In this document: piece after piece, positions 16,970 through 23,711 of the stretch
Numbering within the stretch: the stretch's first letter is position 1
Layout: every line of letters starts with the position of its first letter
IMG/VR virus record: IMGVR_UViG_3300010033_000002
Location: 1-48,385 of that record
Reading direction: 5' to 3' (one strand)
Length of the DNA: 48,385 nucleotides
From: a virus
Position numbers and translations under genes: made by a program
The notes under the pieces: generated by a model
Told to the model about the DNA's origin: nothing
Database searches by the model: none
What the model saw: only the letters and a program-made list of their open reading frames with translations

Positions 16970-17164
16970 TTAACCCCCTATGCCCATTAAAAGGCCTGTT
17001 ATGATCATCGGTATGGTGCCGTATAATACAAAGTCTGAAAAGGATTTGTACCCTTCTACCTTGCCATCAAGCAGCATGTCAAGGTAAATTGAGTACATAA
17101 CGCAGGCTGACAAACCCTATATACCCAGTAGACCTATAACTTTCATTATACCGTCCATTATCAT
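16970..17164 (-). pseudogene. 64-codon two-TM membrane-protein frame interrupted by one in-frame TAG
   Basis: AAGGAGACTACTAATG start at 17164. The frame exactly fills the gap to 16970 and reads MIMDGIMKVIGLLGI*GLSACVMYSIYLDMLLDGKVEGYKSFSDFVLYGTIPMIITGLLMGIGG*. The TAG is at 17117-17119. Confidence 0.4.
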
Positions 17165-17640
17165 TAGTAGTCTCCTTTGTATATTTGTTTGATGCACCAG
17201 CGCCTGACATCGAGTAGGAACTTTACTTCAAGCAAAGCTATTTGTCTAATTGTGTTGTATTCCACGTGGGCGGAGCCTAATGGGAACAGTTTAACACGTA
17301 AAATTTGACGTAGTTCATCGTTGTAACTGGTATAAGGTGTATCTCTACATGTACGTTTACCTGTATATTCTTTTATGGGACAAAAGCGGCAATAGAACTC
17401 TCTACGGACTATAGTTTTAAAACGTTCGCCTACATATGAAGGGTGAAATAGGTGGCATAATGGGCATGAATCCATGCCTGCCTGTTCTGGATATGTGGCT
17501 GTGCTTCTTTTTATCCAAGTCTTTATACTTTTGTTAAGGGCAATCATTGTATTAGGCGTCGGGGTATAGCTTTTGTTAGCCCTTATGTCTGTAGTAAAGG
17601 CTATTCTTAAAGCTGTTTCCATATGGTCAAGTGGAGGCAT
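17164..17640 (-). CDS. CPLC/CxxCP Cys-rich paralog 1
   Basis: SIKTWIKRSTATYP...CPLC...CRFCPI...C.DTPYTSY...EVKFLLDVRRWCIK. Confidence 0.8.
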   Translation of the reverse strand: MPPLDHMETALRIAFTTDIRANKSYTPTPNTMIALNKSIKTWIKRSTATYPEQAGMDSCPLCHLFHPSYVGERFKTIVRREFYCRFCPIKEYTGKRTCRDTPYTSYNDELRQILRVKLFPLGSAHVEYNTIRQIALLEVKFLLDVRRWCIKQIYKGDY

Positions 17641-17641
17641 A

Positions 17642-18220
17642 TCAGGCTCCTATTCCGTAATAAATTTTGATTAACCTACGCCGGATCTCAAGCAACAATT
17701 CAAGCATTTCAAGGGCTTCTTTTCGGCATTGGGTGAAAAGAGGGAAGAATTTGTAGCTGTCAAGGCCTTTCAAGTGTTCCTTTGTTATGGGCATGATATC
17801 ATTGTGTATATTGGGATCTACATCGTCAAGATGAGGCTCATAGACCATAGTGTTTATACTTTTATAACCTATCCTTAGAGTGTGGATGTAATTGGAATAC
17901 GGGGTGAATTCACAACCGCCCATATCGGTAAACTTGGCAATAGGGCAGTTTGGGCAATTTATATGCCCAGTGACTTTGTTGGTGAAATACACACAGAGGG
18001 GGCAGTCTTCTGATTTATGGAACTTAGGCCAGGTAGCAATTGAGTAACGTTTCCAGACCTTGATTGACTCATTTAAGGGTTTGAATAACTTATGAATGGA
18101 CTGTTTTACTGTCAGTGTTGAAAGGTCTGTAATAGTGAACCGTACATAGCCGCTATTCACACTTTCTTCTGCATCGGCGAAATCGAGAAAAGCTAAGTCT
18201 CTTACAATATAATCACTCAT
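17642..18220 (-). CDS. CPLC/CxxCP Cys-rich paralog 2
   Basis: SIKVWKRYSIATWP...CPLC...CPNCPI...CEFTPYSNY...EMLELLLEIRRRLIK. Confidence 0.8.
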   Translation of the reverse strand: MSDYIVRDLAFLDFADAEESVNSGYVRFTITDLSTLTVKQSIHKLFKPLNESIKVWKRYSIATWPKFHKSEDCPLCVYFTNKVTGHINCPNCPIAKFTDMGGCEFTPYSNYIHTLRIGYKSINTMVYEPHLDDVDPNIHNDIMPITKEHLKGLDSYKFFPLFTQCRKEALEMLELLLEIRRRLIKIYYGIGA

Positions 18221-18231
18221 AATGTGCTCCT

Positions 18232-18885
18232 TTAAAGGGTTTTAATGACCTTGTTTCTTATGTTGATCAAGAATTGTACTTCATCAACTGCGTGTTTCCG
18301 GGCTTCACTGAATATTTGGTAGGGGTGTTTTGATTCTGGTAAATGATAAAATGCAGTGTCTGAGGCTATGTGGTGTGATGCTGCATAACGTCTGCACGGG
18401 GTCTCTCCACATGTGTCGCCTGTTACCTTATATATTATGCAACGATTGCAGTAGTTGCTTGCAATACAAAGAGGGCATAAGTATGTCGAACTTGGTAAAG
18501 GGTAAAATGCGGTCGTGCGATCAAGCCACATGCTTATAGTTGTATTCAATAAATGTACATTTTTATAACGTCTTAAACCAGGGCTGCGCAAAATAGTGTC
18601 AACCTGTGCTATAACTTCTCTTTCAGCTTTTCTTTCGGAACCTGCGATTAGGCACTGTACTATACGTGTATGTTTAATGCAGTTGTACTTAAAATATTCT
18701 AAACGCCTTTTAAGCTCATGATAATAGCATTTAAAGGCTTCTATGTACACTTTACATTCATGGTACACGGCGTAGACTGTTACATAGTCAGTCAGTGTTT
18801 GCCTGTATTCAACAAAACCTACTGTTTTACACGGTTTTGTATGCCTTATGACCATTTCGTATGATTCTTCTTTGGCAAGTTTCAT
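18232..18885 (-). CDS. CPLC/CxxCP Cys-rich paralog 3
   Basis: TISMWLDRTTAFYP...CPLC...CNRCII...CGETPC..Y...EVQFLINIRNKVIK. Confidence 0.8.
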   Translation of the reverse strand: MKLAKEESYEMVIRHTKPCKTVGFVEYRQTLTDYVTVYAVYHECKVYIEAFKCYYHELKRRLEYFKYNCIKHTRIVQCLIAGSERKAEREVIAQVDTILRSPGLRRYKNVHLLNTTISMWLDRTTAFYPLPSSTYLCPLCIASNYCNRCIIYKVTGDTCGETPCRRYAASHHIASDTAFYHLPESKHPYQIFSEARKHAVDEVQFLINIRNKVIKTL

Positions 18886-18897
18886 TATGTGCGCTCC

Positions 18898-19104
18898 TTA
18901 GTCTAAGGTTTCTATTGCATATGAGTCCTCAAACAATTCCACCTTGTCCATTGGGATGTCGAAAAGCTCCCCGTTTAAATCAAGTGTTACCTTGTTCGGA
19001 AAGAGTTCCTTGATAGGGAAGTTTGACCCGGCGGTGTATGTACCATAAGAACGTTTTAAGTCTTCTTTGATCCTGGCTTTTGTCTCAATTACTCTTGTTC
19101 TCAT
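18898..19104 (-). CDS. Hypothetical protein (68 aa)
   Basis: SD GGGAGCGCACAATG. Clean ORF. Confidence 0.6.
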   Translation of the reverse strand: MRTRVIETKARIKEDLKRSYGTYTAGSNFPIKELFPNKVTLDLNGELFDIPMDKVELFEDSYAIETLD

Positions 19105-19517
19105 TGTGCGCTCCCACTCTTTTCAATGTCAGCTTCATACATGGTCTTTATAAGTTCATCTACGTTCTTATATATTGACGTAGTTATTACAAACTTTAAA
19201 CCCCGGGGTATTGCCAATGTAATGACCTTACAAAACCTCATCAAAGACTTTTGACAAGTAACTGTTGGTAGGTCTGACAGGCTTGAGATAGTTGTGGGGT
19301 CTATGGAAAAGTGCTTGCAAGTGCTTTTAATAACATGAATAATATCATGTGCAGAATGTAAGTTCTTACAGGGTATATGTAGACTGCCTTCATTTATAAA
19401 TATAACGACCTTGAATGATTCTATATTTTGCAAGGGTGCTGTAACTATAGCTAAAACAGCATTTCCTACACATGTAGAATAAAGACATTGGGCCTTTTTG
19501 TTGTTGTCTGTTCTCAT
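19101..19517 (-). CDS. Hypothetical protein (138 aa)
   Basis: Preceded by the conserved 31-nt leader. Clean ORF. Confidence 0.7.
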   Translation of the reverse strand: MRTDNNKKAQCLYSTCVGNAVLAIVTAPLQNIESFKVVIFINEGSLHIPCKNLHSAHDIIHVIKSTCKHFSIDPTTISSLSDLPTVTCQKSLMRFCKVITLAIPRGLKFVITTSIYKNVDELIKTMYEADIEKSGSAQ

Positions 19518-19548
19518 TGTGCGCTCCTGTGTCGTGGTTGACCTTAAG
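19518..19548 (-). promoter_or_regulatory. Conserved 31-nt translation-initiation leader, copy 1
   Basis: Minus strand CTTAAGGTCAACCACGACACAGGAGCGCACA, followed by ATG. It matches 20005-20035 at 28 of 31 positions. Confidence 0.6.
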
Positions 19549-20005
19549 CGTGCCTCAGTTTGTTGGCAAGATTGGTGATATGCTTAGCTTCTGCTTTAGA
19601 TGGTGTCCAACTTGTATACAAGTCTGATTGGACTTTTTTAGCCTTAACATATTCGGGCAGAGGTTTGCACCAATCGAAACCTTTTTCACTCAGCAAACTT
19701 CGTATTATATCTGCCTGTTTTTTAGACACAAAGCCTCTTGTGGAGTATTGCTTGACTACAGATGAGTAAAACCTTTTTCTAAACTCTGAACGAAATTTGA
19801 CAGCCTTATAGCACTTAATAAACAATTCCATCATTGGTGCTGTCATGGCACCATAATAGGCGTTGCGTCTATCATCATCACAAATAAAAACTTTCCATAG
19901 GGCTTTTCTATAAACCTTTCGACAAGAAAAGCCTATTCCATCGGGGTTGTCATCTGATATTGCTGCCCCACAAATGCAGCATCTTCTTCCCTCAAATGTT
20001 TCCAT
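19544..20005 (-). CDS. First early-arm gene; Cys-containing hypothetical protein
   Basis: CCICG...SC near the N-terminus. Preceded by the conserved leader and a sigma70-like promoter. Confidence 0.75.
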   Translation of the reverse strand: METFEGRRCCICGAAISDDNPDGIGFSCRKVYRKALWKVFICDDDRRNAYYGAMTAPMMELFIKCYKAVKFRSEFRKRFYSSVVKQYSTRGFVSKKQADIIRSLLSEKGFDWCKPLPEYVKAKKVQSDLYTSWTPSKAEAKHITNLANKLRHA

Positions 20006-20035
20006 GTGCGCTCCTTTGTTGTGGTTGACCTTAAT
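20005..20035 (-). promoter_or_regulatory. Conserved 31-nt translation-initiation leader, copy 2
   Basis: Minus strand ATTAAGGTCAACCACAACAAAGGAGCGCACA, followed by TG of the start codon. Confidence 0.6.
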
Positions 20036-20049
20036 TGCTGTACATGATC

Positions 20050-20078
20050 AAGATACCAAGGCCTGGAAGGCCTGTCAA
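20050..20078 (-). promoter_or_regulatory. Sigma70-like promoter for the leftward early operon
   Basis: Minus strand TTGACA (20078-20073), a 17-nt spacer, then TATCTT (20055-20050). It sits about 40 nt upstream of the ATG at 20005. Confidence 0.55.
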
Positions 20079-20598
20079 GGTTTTTATTACTATTTTTAAT
20101 ATTTTGGGGATCACTGATATATCAGAGGCTAAGATGCCCTATTGACAAGGGTTTCAGGCCGTGGTGCTTGTAAGTGCTTGATATGATTGGAATAACCAAT
20201 GGGCAAGGCTGAGTGTTTTCCGAACGCTTGTTCAGGGTGTTCCATGATGTGGACTTTGGCGTGGAAAATGTTTCATAGGAGGCCTGTCAATAGTAAAGAT
20301 GTTAAAAAGTGTAAATTTCATGTAACATTGGCTTAGTGCTACCCCTGTTACGTTTTTGTAGAATATTCTACACTTTTTTAATAAGGGCCTGATATTGTTA
20401 TATATTGTTTACACTTTTGGGTTTTTGTTTTCAAGTTGTTGATATTACAAGGTAATCTGCTGTTCCGCCGCGCATGTTACCGAGATCATTGTATATATTT
20501 TTAAGTCCATGATATTATTGAGATTAACAGTGTTAGGGGACAGGTAACAATGTTTATGTCATTTGTGTCACGCCGGAAACCCTTGAGGCTGTAGGCGC

Positions 20599-20623
20599 GG
20601 GACAAAGTTCCGGACATGACACG
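20599..20623. repeat. Left arm of the 25-bp inverted repeat
   Basis: GGGACAAAGTTCCGGACATGACACG. The reverse complement of 20787-20811 is GGGACAAAATGCCGGACATGACACG, matching at 23 of 25 positions. Confidence 0.85.
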
Positions 20624-20786
20624 ATTCTGAGAGAAAAGTATTTTTTAGATTAGCAAGTGTTTATTAATATACAACGTTTACAGAGGTGAACACTGTTATT
20701 TTGGTCGTAAGTTACTGATATAATTGGCGATCCGAACTGATGTCTGATATATCAGATTTCAGCGATTTTTCGCGCTTTTTCTGGGC

Positions 20787-20811
20787 CGTGTCATGTCCGG
20801 CATTTTGTCCC
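20787..20811. repeat. Right arm of the 25-bp inverted repeat
   Basis: CGTGTCATGTCCGGCATTTTGTCCC, 163 nt from the left arm. Confidence 0.85.
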
Positions 20812-21279
20812 GGCCCTTTATCCATGCATGTTTCACGCGCTTGCGCTGAGGACACGAAAAAAGTTTTGGCACTTTTGTCTGGATCGTTAGTTATATCAAT
20901 AGGTTGTATGAACATTGAGTAAATTCAAGCACATAGGCACGAACAACCCAATATAACTTGTAATATCAATGACTTACGTTAAAATATACATGTGCGTGAG
21001 TATAACTAACTATATCAGTAACTTGTGGCATAACGGTTTTGAAAATAGAGATTTTGTAACGGTCATTTGGTACCACGTTCGTAACATTTCATACCACATT
21101 GTGGCAGTACCCCATCAAGCAAGAAGTGTGCCGACTGAACGACCATTCATAAAATCGCCAAGATCCGCTTGTGCCAGGGCTTTCCACGATTGGGGATATA
21201 TAACCAATGAACGGGCATTCATTTTTGGGTCATTATGACACATCATGTAACTTTTGATTAGATCTTGGAGGATTTAAAG

Positions 21280-21313
21280 AATGTGAGCCTAGATCTTACA
21301 CCAGGCTCACATT
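21280..21313. other. Perfect 11-bp stem-loop
   Basis: AATGTGAGCCT - 12-nt loop - AGGCTCACATT. There is no flanking U-tract. It is preceded by GGAGGATTTAAAGAATGTGA, an SD followed by a start-stop pair. Confidence 0.5.
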
Positions 21314-21338
21314 GAGGGAGGGTTATAAAAAGGTTGGG

Positions 21339-21437
21339 ATGCTTGATCTGATTCTTGTCTTATTAGTTCATGGTCTGTGTCTTTTCACCATCAACCTCAG
21401 TCCATGTCGCTGTGACTGTTCCGGTATCGTCGTGTAG
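21339..21437 (+). CDS. 32-aa hydrophobic Cys-tailed micro-ORF (speculative)
   Basis: Product MLDLILVLLVHGLCLFTINLSPCRCDCSGIVV. The SD is weak (AAAAGGTTGGG). It sits just downstream of the 21280-21313 hairpin. Confidence 0.15.
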   Translation: MLDLILVLLVHGLCLFTINLSPCRCDCSGIVV

Positions 21438-21610
21438 TTTTTGCACTTCCTTGGATCATTTGCCCATGATGTCATGTAGCAAGCCTGGTGATATCCATAC
21501 AGATGATGAGGACAGGAAGTGTTTTCACATTCGGGTATTCTATAGTTAAGTCATTGTTTTCTCCATACATTTAACTAATGTTAAGCAACAACCGTGCCAA
21601 CAAGCACAGA

Positions 21611-21765
21611 GCTAAAACATGGCTACATAACATCACATCAACGACAAAGGCCTAAACTTTCGTTTTAAGAGAGTTTAGGCCTTTGTCGGTACGGTAACAC
21701 TCAGAAAAGCTGAACCGATATGTTGTTGATTTTACTAACGATACTAACGTTAGATTAGTGTTAAC
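21611..21765 (-). repeat. Copy D of the three-copy intergenic element
   Basis: Its reverse complement begins TTAACACTAATCTAACGTTAGTAT...AAAATCAACAACATATCGGTTCAGCTTTTCTGAGTGTTACC and ends ...GTTATGTAGCCATG. It starts 4 nt after the endolysin stop. Confidence 0.7.
21641..21687 (-). terminator. Perfect 17-bp hairpin downstream of the endolysin unit (probable terminator)
   Basis: CGACAAAGGCCTAAACT - 13-nt loop - AGTTTAGGCCTTTGTCG. On the minus strand it is followed by TTGATGTGATGTT, which is only moderately U-rich. Confidence 0.55.
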
Positions 21766-21768
21766 TAT

Positions 21769-22320
21769 TCAAAAGTTTTTGCCACCTGAAAGGAAGCGCA
21801 TAATCCAGCCTGAAAGGAAGCGCCTATTGCTGTAGAGCTTGTCAAGACGGGCACGGGAATCTTTCATGCATAGAGTGTTGTAGCGTTTTATCAAAGCAAA
21901 TGCAAAGTAATAATACAAGTCACATGCTTCGTTAGTTTCAAGAGCGTTTATAGCCTCTATGCTTTTAGGACCAATGGAACCATCAACTTTAACTCCAATC
22001 TCTTTTTGTAGACTTTTTACAGGCCATGATACACCCATGTTGACAACACTGGTGAAGAGCAAGCTGGCTAAGTCCTGGTAATTAATGTCGTCGCCTTTTA
22101 TTCTGTTCCAGAATTCTGTACGGTAAAGAGCCTTGACATGATCATTGGCAAGGGTATTATCTCCAGGACCTACGACATACTCCCATCCCTCCCATTCAGG
22201 GAAAGCTTTCATGGATATACCAGCATAGGTAAGACCTCCTTTGTCTGTGGGGTCATCAACGAGCTTATACCCACCTTCAAGTTCCATGAGTAAGTTAAAG
22301 CACGGTTCAAAGTCTGCCAT
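21769..22320 (-). CDS. Endolysin: GH108-type muramidase with C-terminal peptidoglycan-binding domain
   Basis: LMELEGGYKLVDDPTDKGGLTYAGIS is the GH108 EGGY...D.GG.T.GI signature. VKVDGSIGPKSIEAINAL is PG_binding_3-like. Confidence 0.88.
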   Translation of the reverse strand: MADFEPCFNLLMELEGGYKLVDDPTDKGGLTYAGISMKAFPEWEGWEYVVGPGDNTLANDHVKALYRTEFWNRIKGDDINYQDLASLLFTSVVNMGVSWPVKSLQKEIGVKVDGSIGPKSIEAINALETNEACDLYYYFAFALIKRYNTLCMKDSRARLDKLYSNRRFLSGWIMRFLSGGKNF

Positions 22321-22321
22321 G

Positions 22322-22609
22322 TTATTCTCCTTTATCTTCCAGGGTTGACAGAAGGATTTCTACTTTCTTTAAATAGTCCGAGACATTTAAATCATTACAC
22401 TGTTTAAGTGATGCTATAGCATGTAAAACGGTAAACTCCGTGGTGTAATCAAATACTTTCTCCATGACCATATCCTGAATAAACGAAATACAGCTATCAT
22501 AATCATTTGATGTTAAGGCATAGGAGTCCCTCATTATATGGACAAGCTTAACCCTAAACTGAATAATACTTATAAGCAGTTTGTTTTTATGACTTGCTGC
22601 GGTACTCAT
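22322..22609 (-). CDS. Hypothetical protein (95 aa; start moved to the SD-supported ATG)
   Basis: AAAGGAGTGTTTATG at 22609. No TM segment, so it is not an obvious holin. Confidence 0.6.
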   Translation of the reverse strand: MSTAASHKNKLLISIIQFRVKLVHIMRDSYALTSNDYDSCISFIQDMVMEKVFDYTTEFTVLHAIASLKQCNDLNVSDYLKKVEILLSTLEDKGE

Positions 22610-22682
22610 AAACACTCCTTTATTAAAGATAGTTTGAGGCATACACAAACTGTATACCTCAAACTGTTACATCTGTCAATAG

Positions 22683-22877
22683 CTATTGCGAAGGCTTATC
22701 AGCAGGACCTGAATTATCCTTAAACTTCACAGCGAATTTAGGCAAAGGCAATACACGTTCATTCACAGCACCGAAATCGACACGGTTGATGTCAAACCAA
22801 AAGTTGTCATGCAGTTTGTCATTTGAAGCAGGCGGAGTAATAAGAACTTGAACACAACCATACAGGTCATATGACAC
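22683..22877 (-). CDS. Doubtful 64-aa ORF with GTG start
   Basis: Only a GTG start with a weak SD. The upstream in-frame sequence is open for 17 more codons with no start codon. Confidence 0.3.
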   Translation of the reverse strand: MSYDLYGCVQVLITPPASNDKLHDNFWFDINRVDFGAVNERVLPLPKFAVKFKDNSGPADKPSQ

Positions 22878-22937
22878 AGAGGCTACAACACCTTTGATAT
22901 AAACGTTATCGTTGTCTGCTGTGCCCTAAATAAAGAA

Positions 22938-22967
22938 CCCCCTGGTGGGAGCGCATCCACCAGGGGG
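22938..22967 (-). terminator. Rho-independent terminator of the GC-rich gene (possibly bidirectional)
   Basis: CCCCCTGGTGG - 8-nt loop - CCACCAGGGGG. On the minus strand it is followed by TTCTTTATTT, and on the plus strand by TTT. Confidence 0.7.
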
Positions 22968-23098
22968 TTTAAGTGCCGGAGCCTGCAAGTTATCGGGTGA
23001 TCGCTCCCAACCTGCGCATGGGGCGTCCGGCAGTCAAGCACCCGGCATAGGGCCGGGTGACGCGCCGGGAAGGCTGGTCAAACCTTCCGGACAGTCGT

Positions 23099-23635
23099 TC
23101 AGGAAGACTTCTTTTCAGCGGCCTTGCGGGCAGCTTCGTCGGGATCGTAGCCTTTCCAGGCTGCCGGTGCAACAGCGCCGGAGCCGACCCTTGTCCACGT
23201 TTCGGTTTCAACATCAAAGTCGATCCACAGACGTTCAGTTTTTTCACAGTTTTTAAGGGCATAGCCGACTTTACGCCGTGTCTCGGAACGTCCCCATTTC
23301 TTCAGCATGAACAGGTCCATTTCCGTAATGGTGGCACCGTCTTCAGGGAAGATTTCAGCAAGTTCACCGTTCATGGTATTGGTGCCGCCGGACCTGGTAA
23401 TAACGCCAAGGCGTTTCATTGCCGTCTGGACATCCTCGGGCAGGGCCTTGTATTCGGGGGATTCTGATGCAATAAACTTGGCAATGGTGTTCTTTGCCGC
23501 GCTGATCTCTGCGCGGGATTTTTTGGCCGCTTCTTTACGCTTGGCGTCGGCTTCTGACTTGGCTTCATTGGCCGCGATTTCTTCCGGGGAAAGCTCCAGT
23601 GTTTCCTCTGCTACTGCTTTTTTCTTACTTGCCAT
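23099..23635 (-). CDS. GC-rich 'moron' gene: Lys/Ala/Glu-rich N-terminus, unknown function
   Basis: 178-aa ORF with SD AAAGGAGAGACAAATG. Hand count of 23101-23160 gives 35/60 G+C, against 27/60 for 1681-1740. It has its own promoter-like TTGACA (23722-23717) and its own terminator. Confidence 0.8.
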   Translation of the reverse strand: MASKKKAVAEETLELSPEEIAANEAKSEADAKRKEAAKKSRAEISAAKNTIAKFIASESPEYKALPEDVQTAMKRLGVITRSGGTNTMNGELAEIFPEDGATITEMDLFMLKKWGRSETRRKVGYALKNCEKTERLWIDFDVETETWTRVGSGAVAPAAWKGYDPDEAARKAAEKKSS

Positions 23636-23692
23636 TTGTCTCTCCTTTGTCTGGCTGTTAATATCACCGGGTGATTCCCGGCCTGATATTTA

Positions 23693-23711
23693 TAACCTAT
23701 ATCATAGGTTA
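23693..23711. promoter_or_regulatory. Operator-like palindrome in the promoter region of 23099..23635
   Basis: TAACCTAT-ATC-ATAGGTTA (8-bp arms), lying between TTGACA and the gene. Nearby, ATATCA-CCGGGTGATTCCCGG-CC-TGATAT occupies 23661-23689. Confidence 0.45.

Larger units (their letters stand above)
20115..21024. repeat. Array of YTGATAT(W) motifs in the ORF-poor region
   Basis: TGATAT on the plus strand at 20115, 20179, 20390, 20440, 20510, 20716 and 20745. ATATCA at 20119, 20749, 20893, 20963 and 21012. Two copies are the 12-bp perfect palindrome CTGATATATCAG (20114-20125 and 20744-20755). 20716-20724 reads TGATATAAT, an extended -10 consensus. Confidence 0.7.

Noticed and set aside
16970-17164. 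Genome-wide reassignment of TAG (stop-codon recoding).
   Set aside because: TAG is used as a genuine stop elsewhere. Gene 9421-9996 ends in TAG and is immediately followed by an SD and the next start. The G chaperone also ends in TAG, at 40313-40315. A single in-frame TAG therefore does not support recoding.
20712-21238. ORFs 20712-20915 (-), 20740-20922 (+) and 20969-21238 (+) in the ORF-poor region.
   Set aside because: None has a Shine-Dalgarno sequence, although nearly every real gene here has a strong one. The first two are mirror-image overlaps spanning the inverted repeats. Their composition looks non-coding.
22968-23098. A tRNA or other known small RNA gene in the GC-rich spacer, and tRNAs or CRISPR arrays elsewhere.
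   Set aside because: I found no cloverleaf with a GTTCRA-type T-loop on either strand. No regularly spaced direct repeats occur anywhere in the window.
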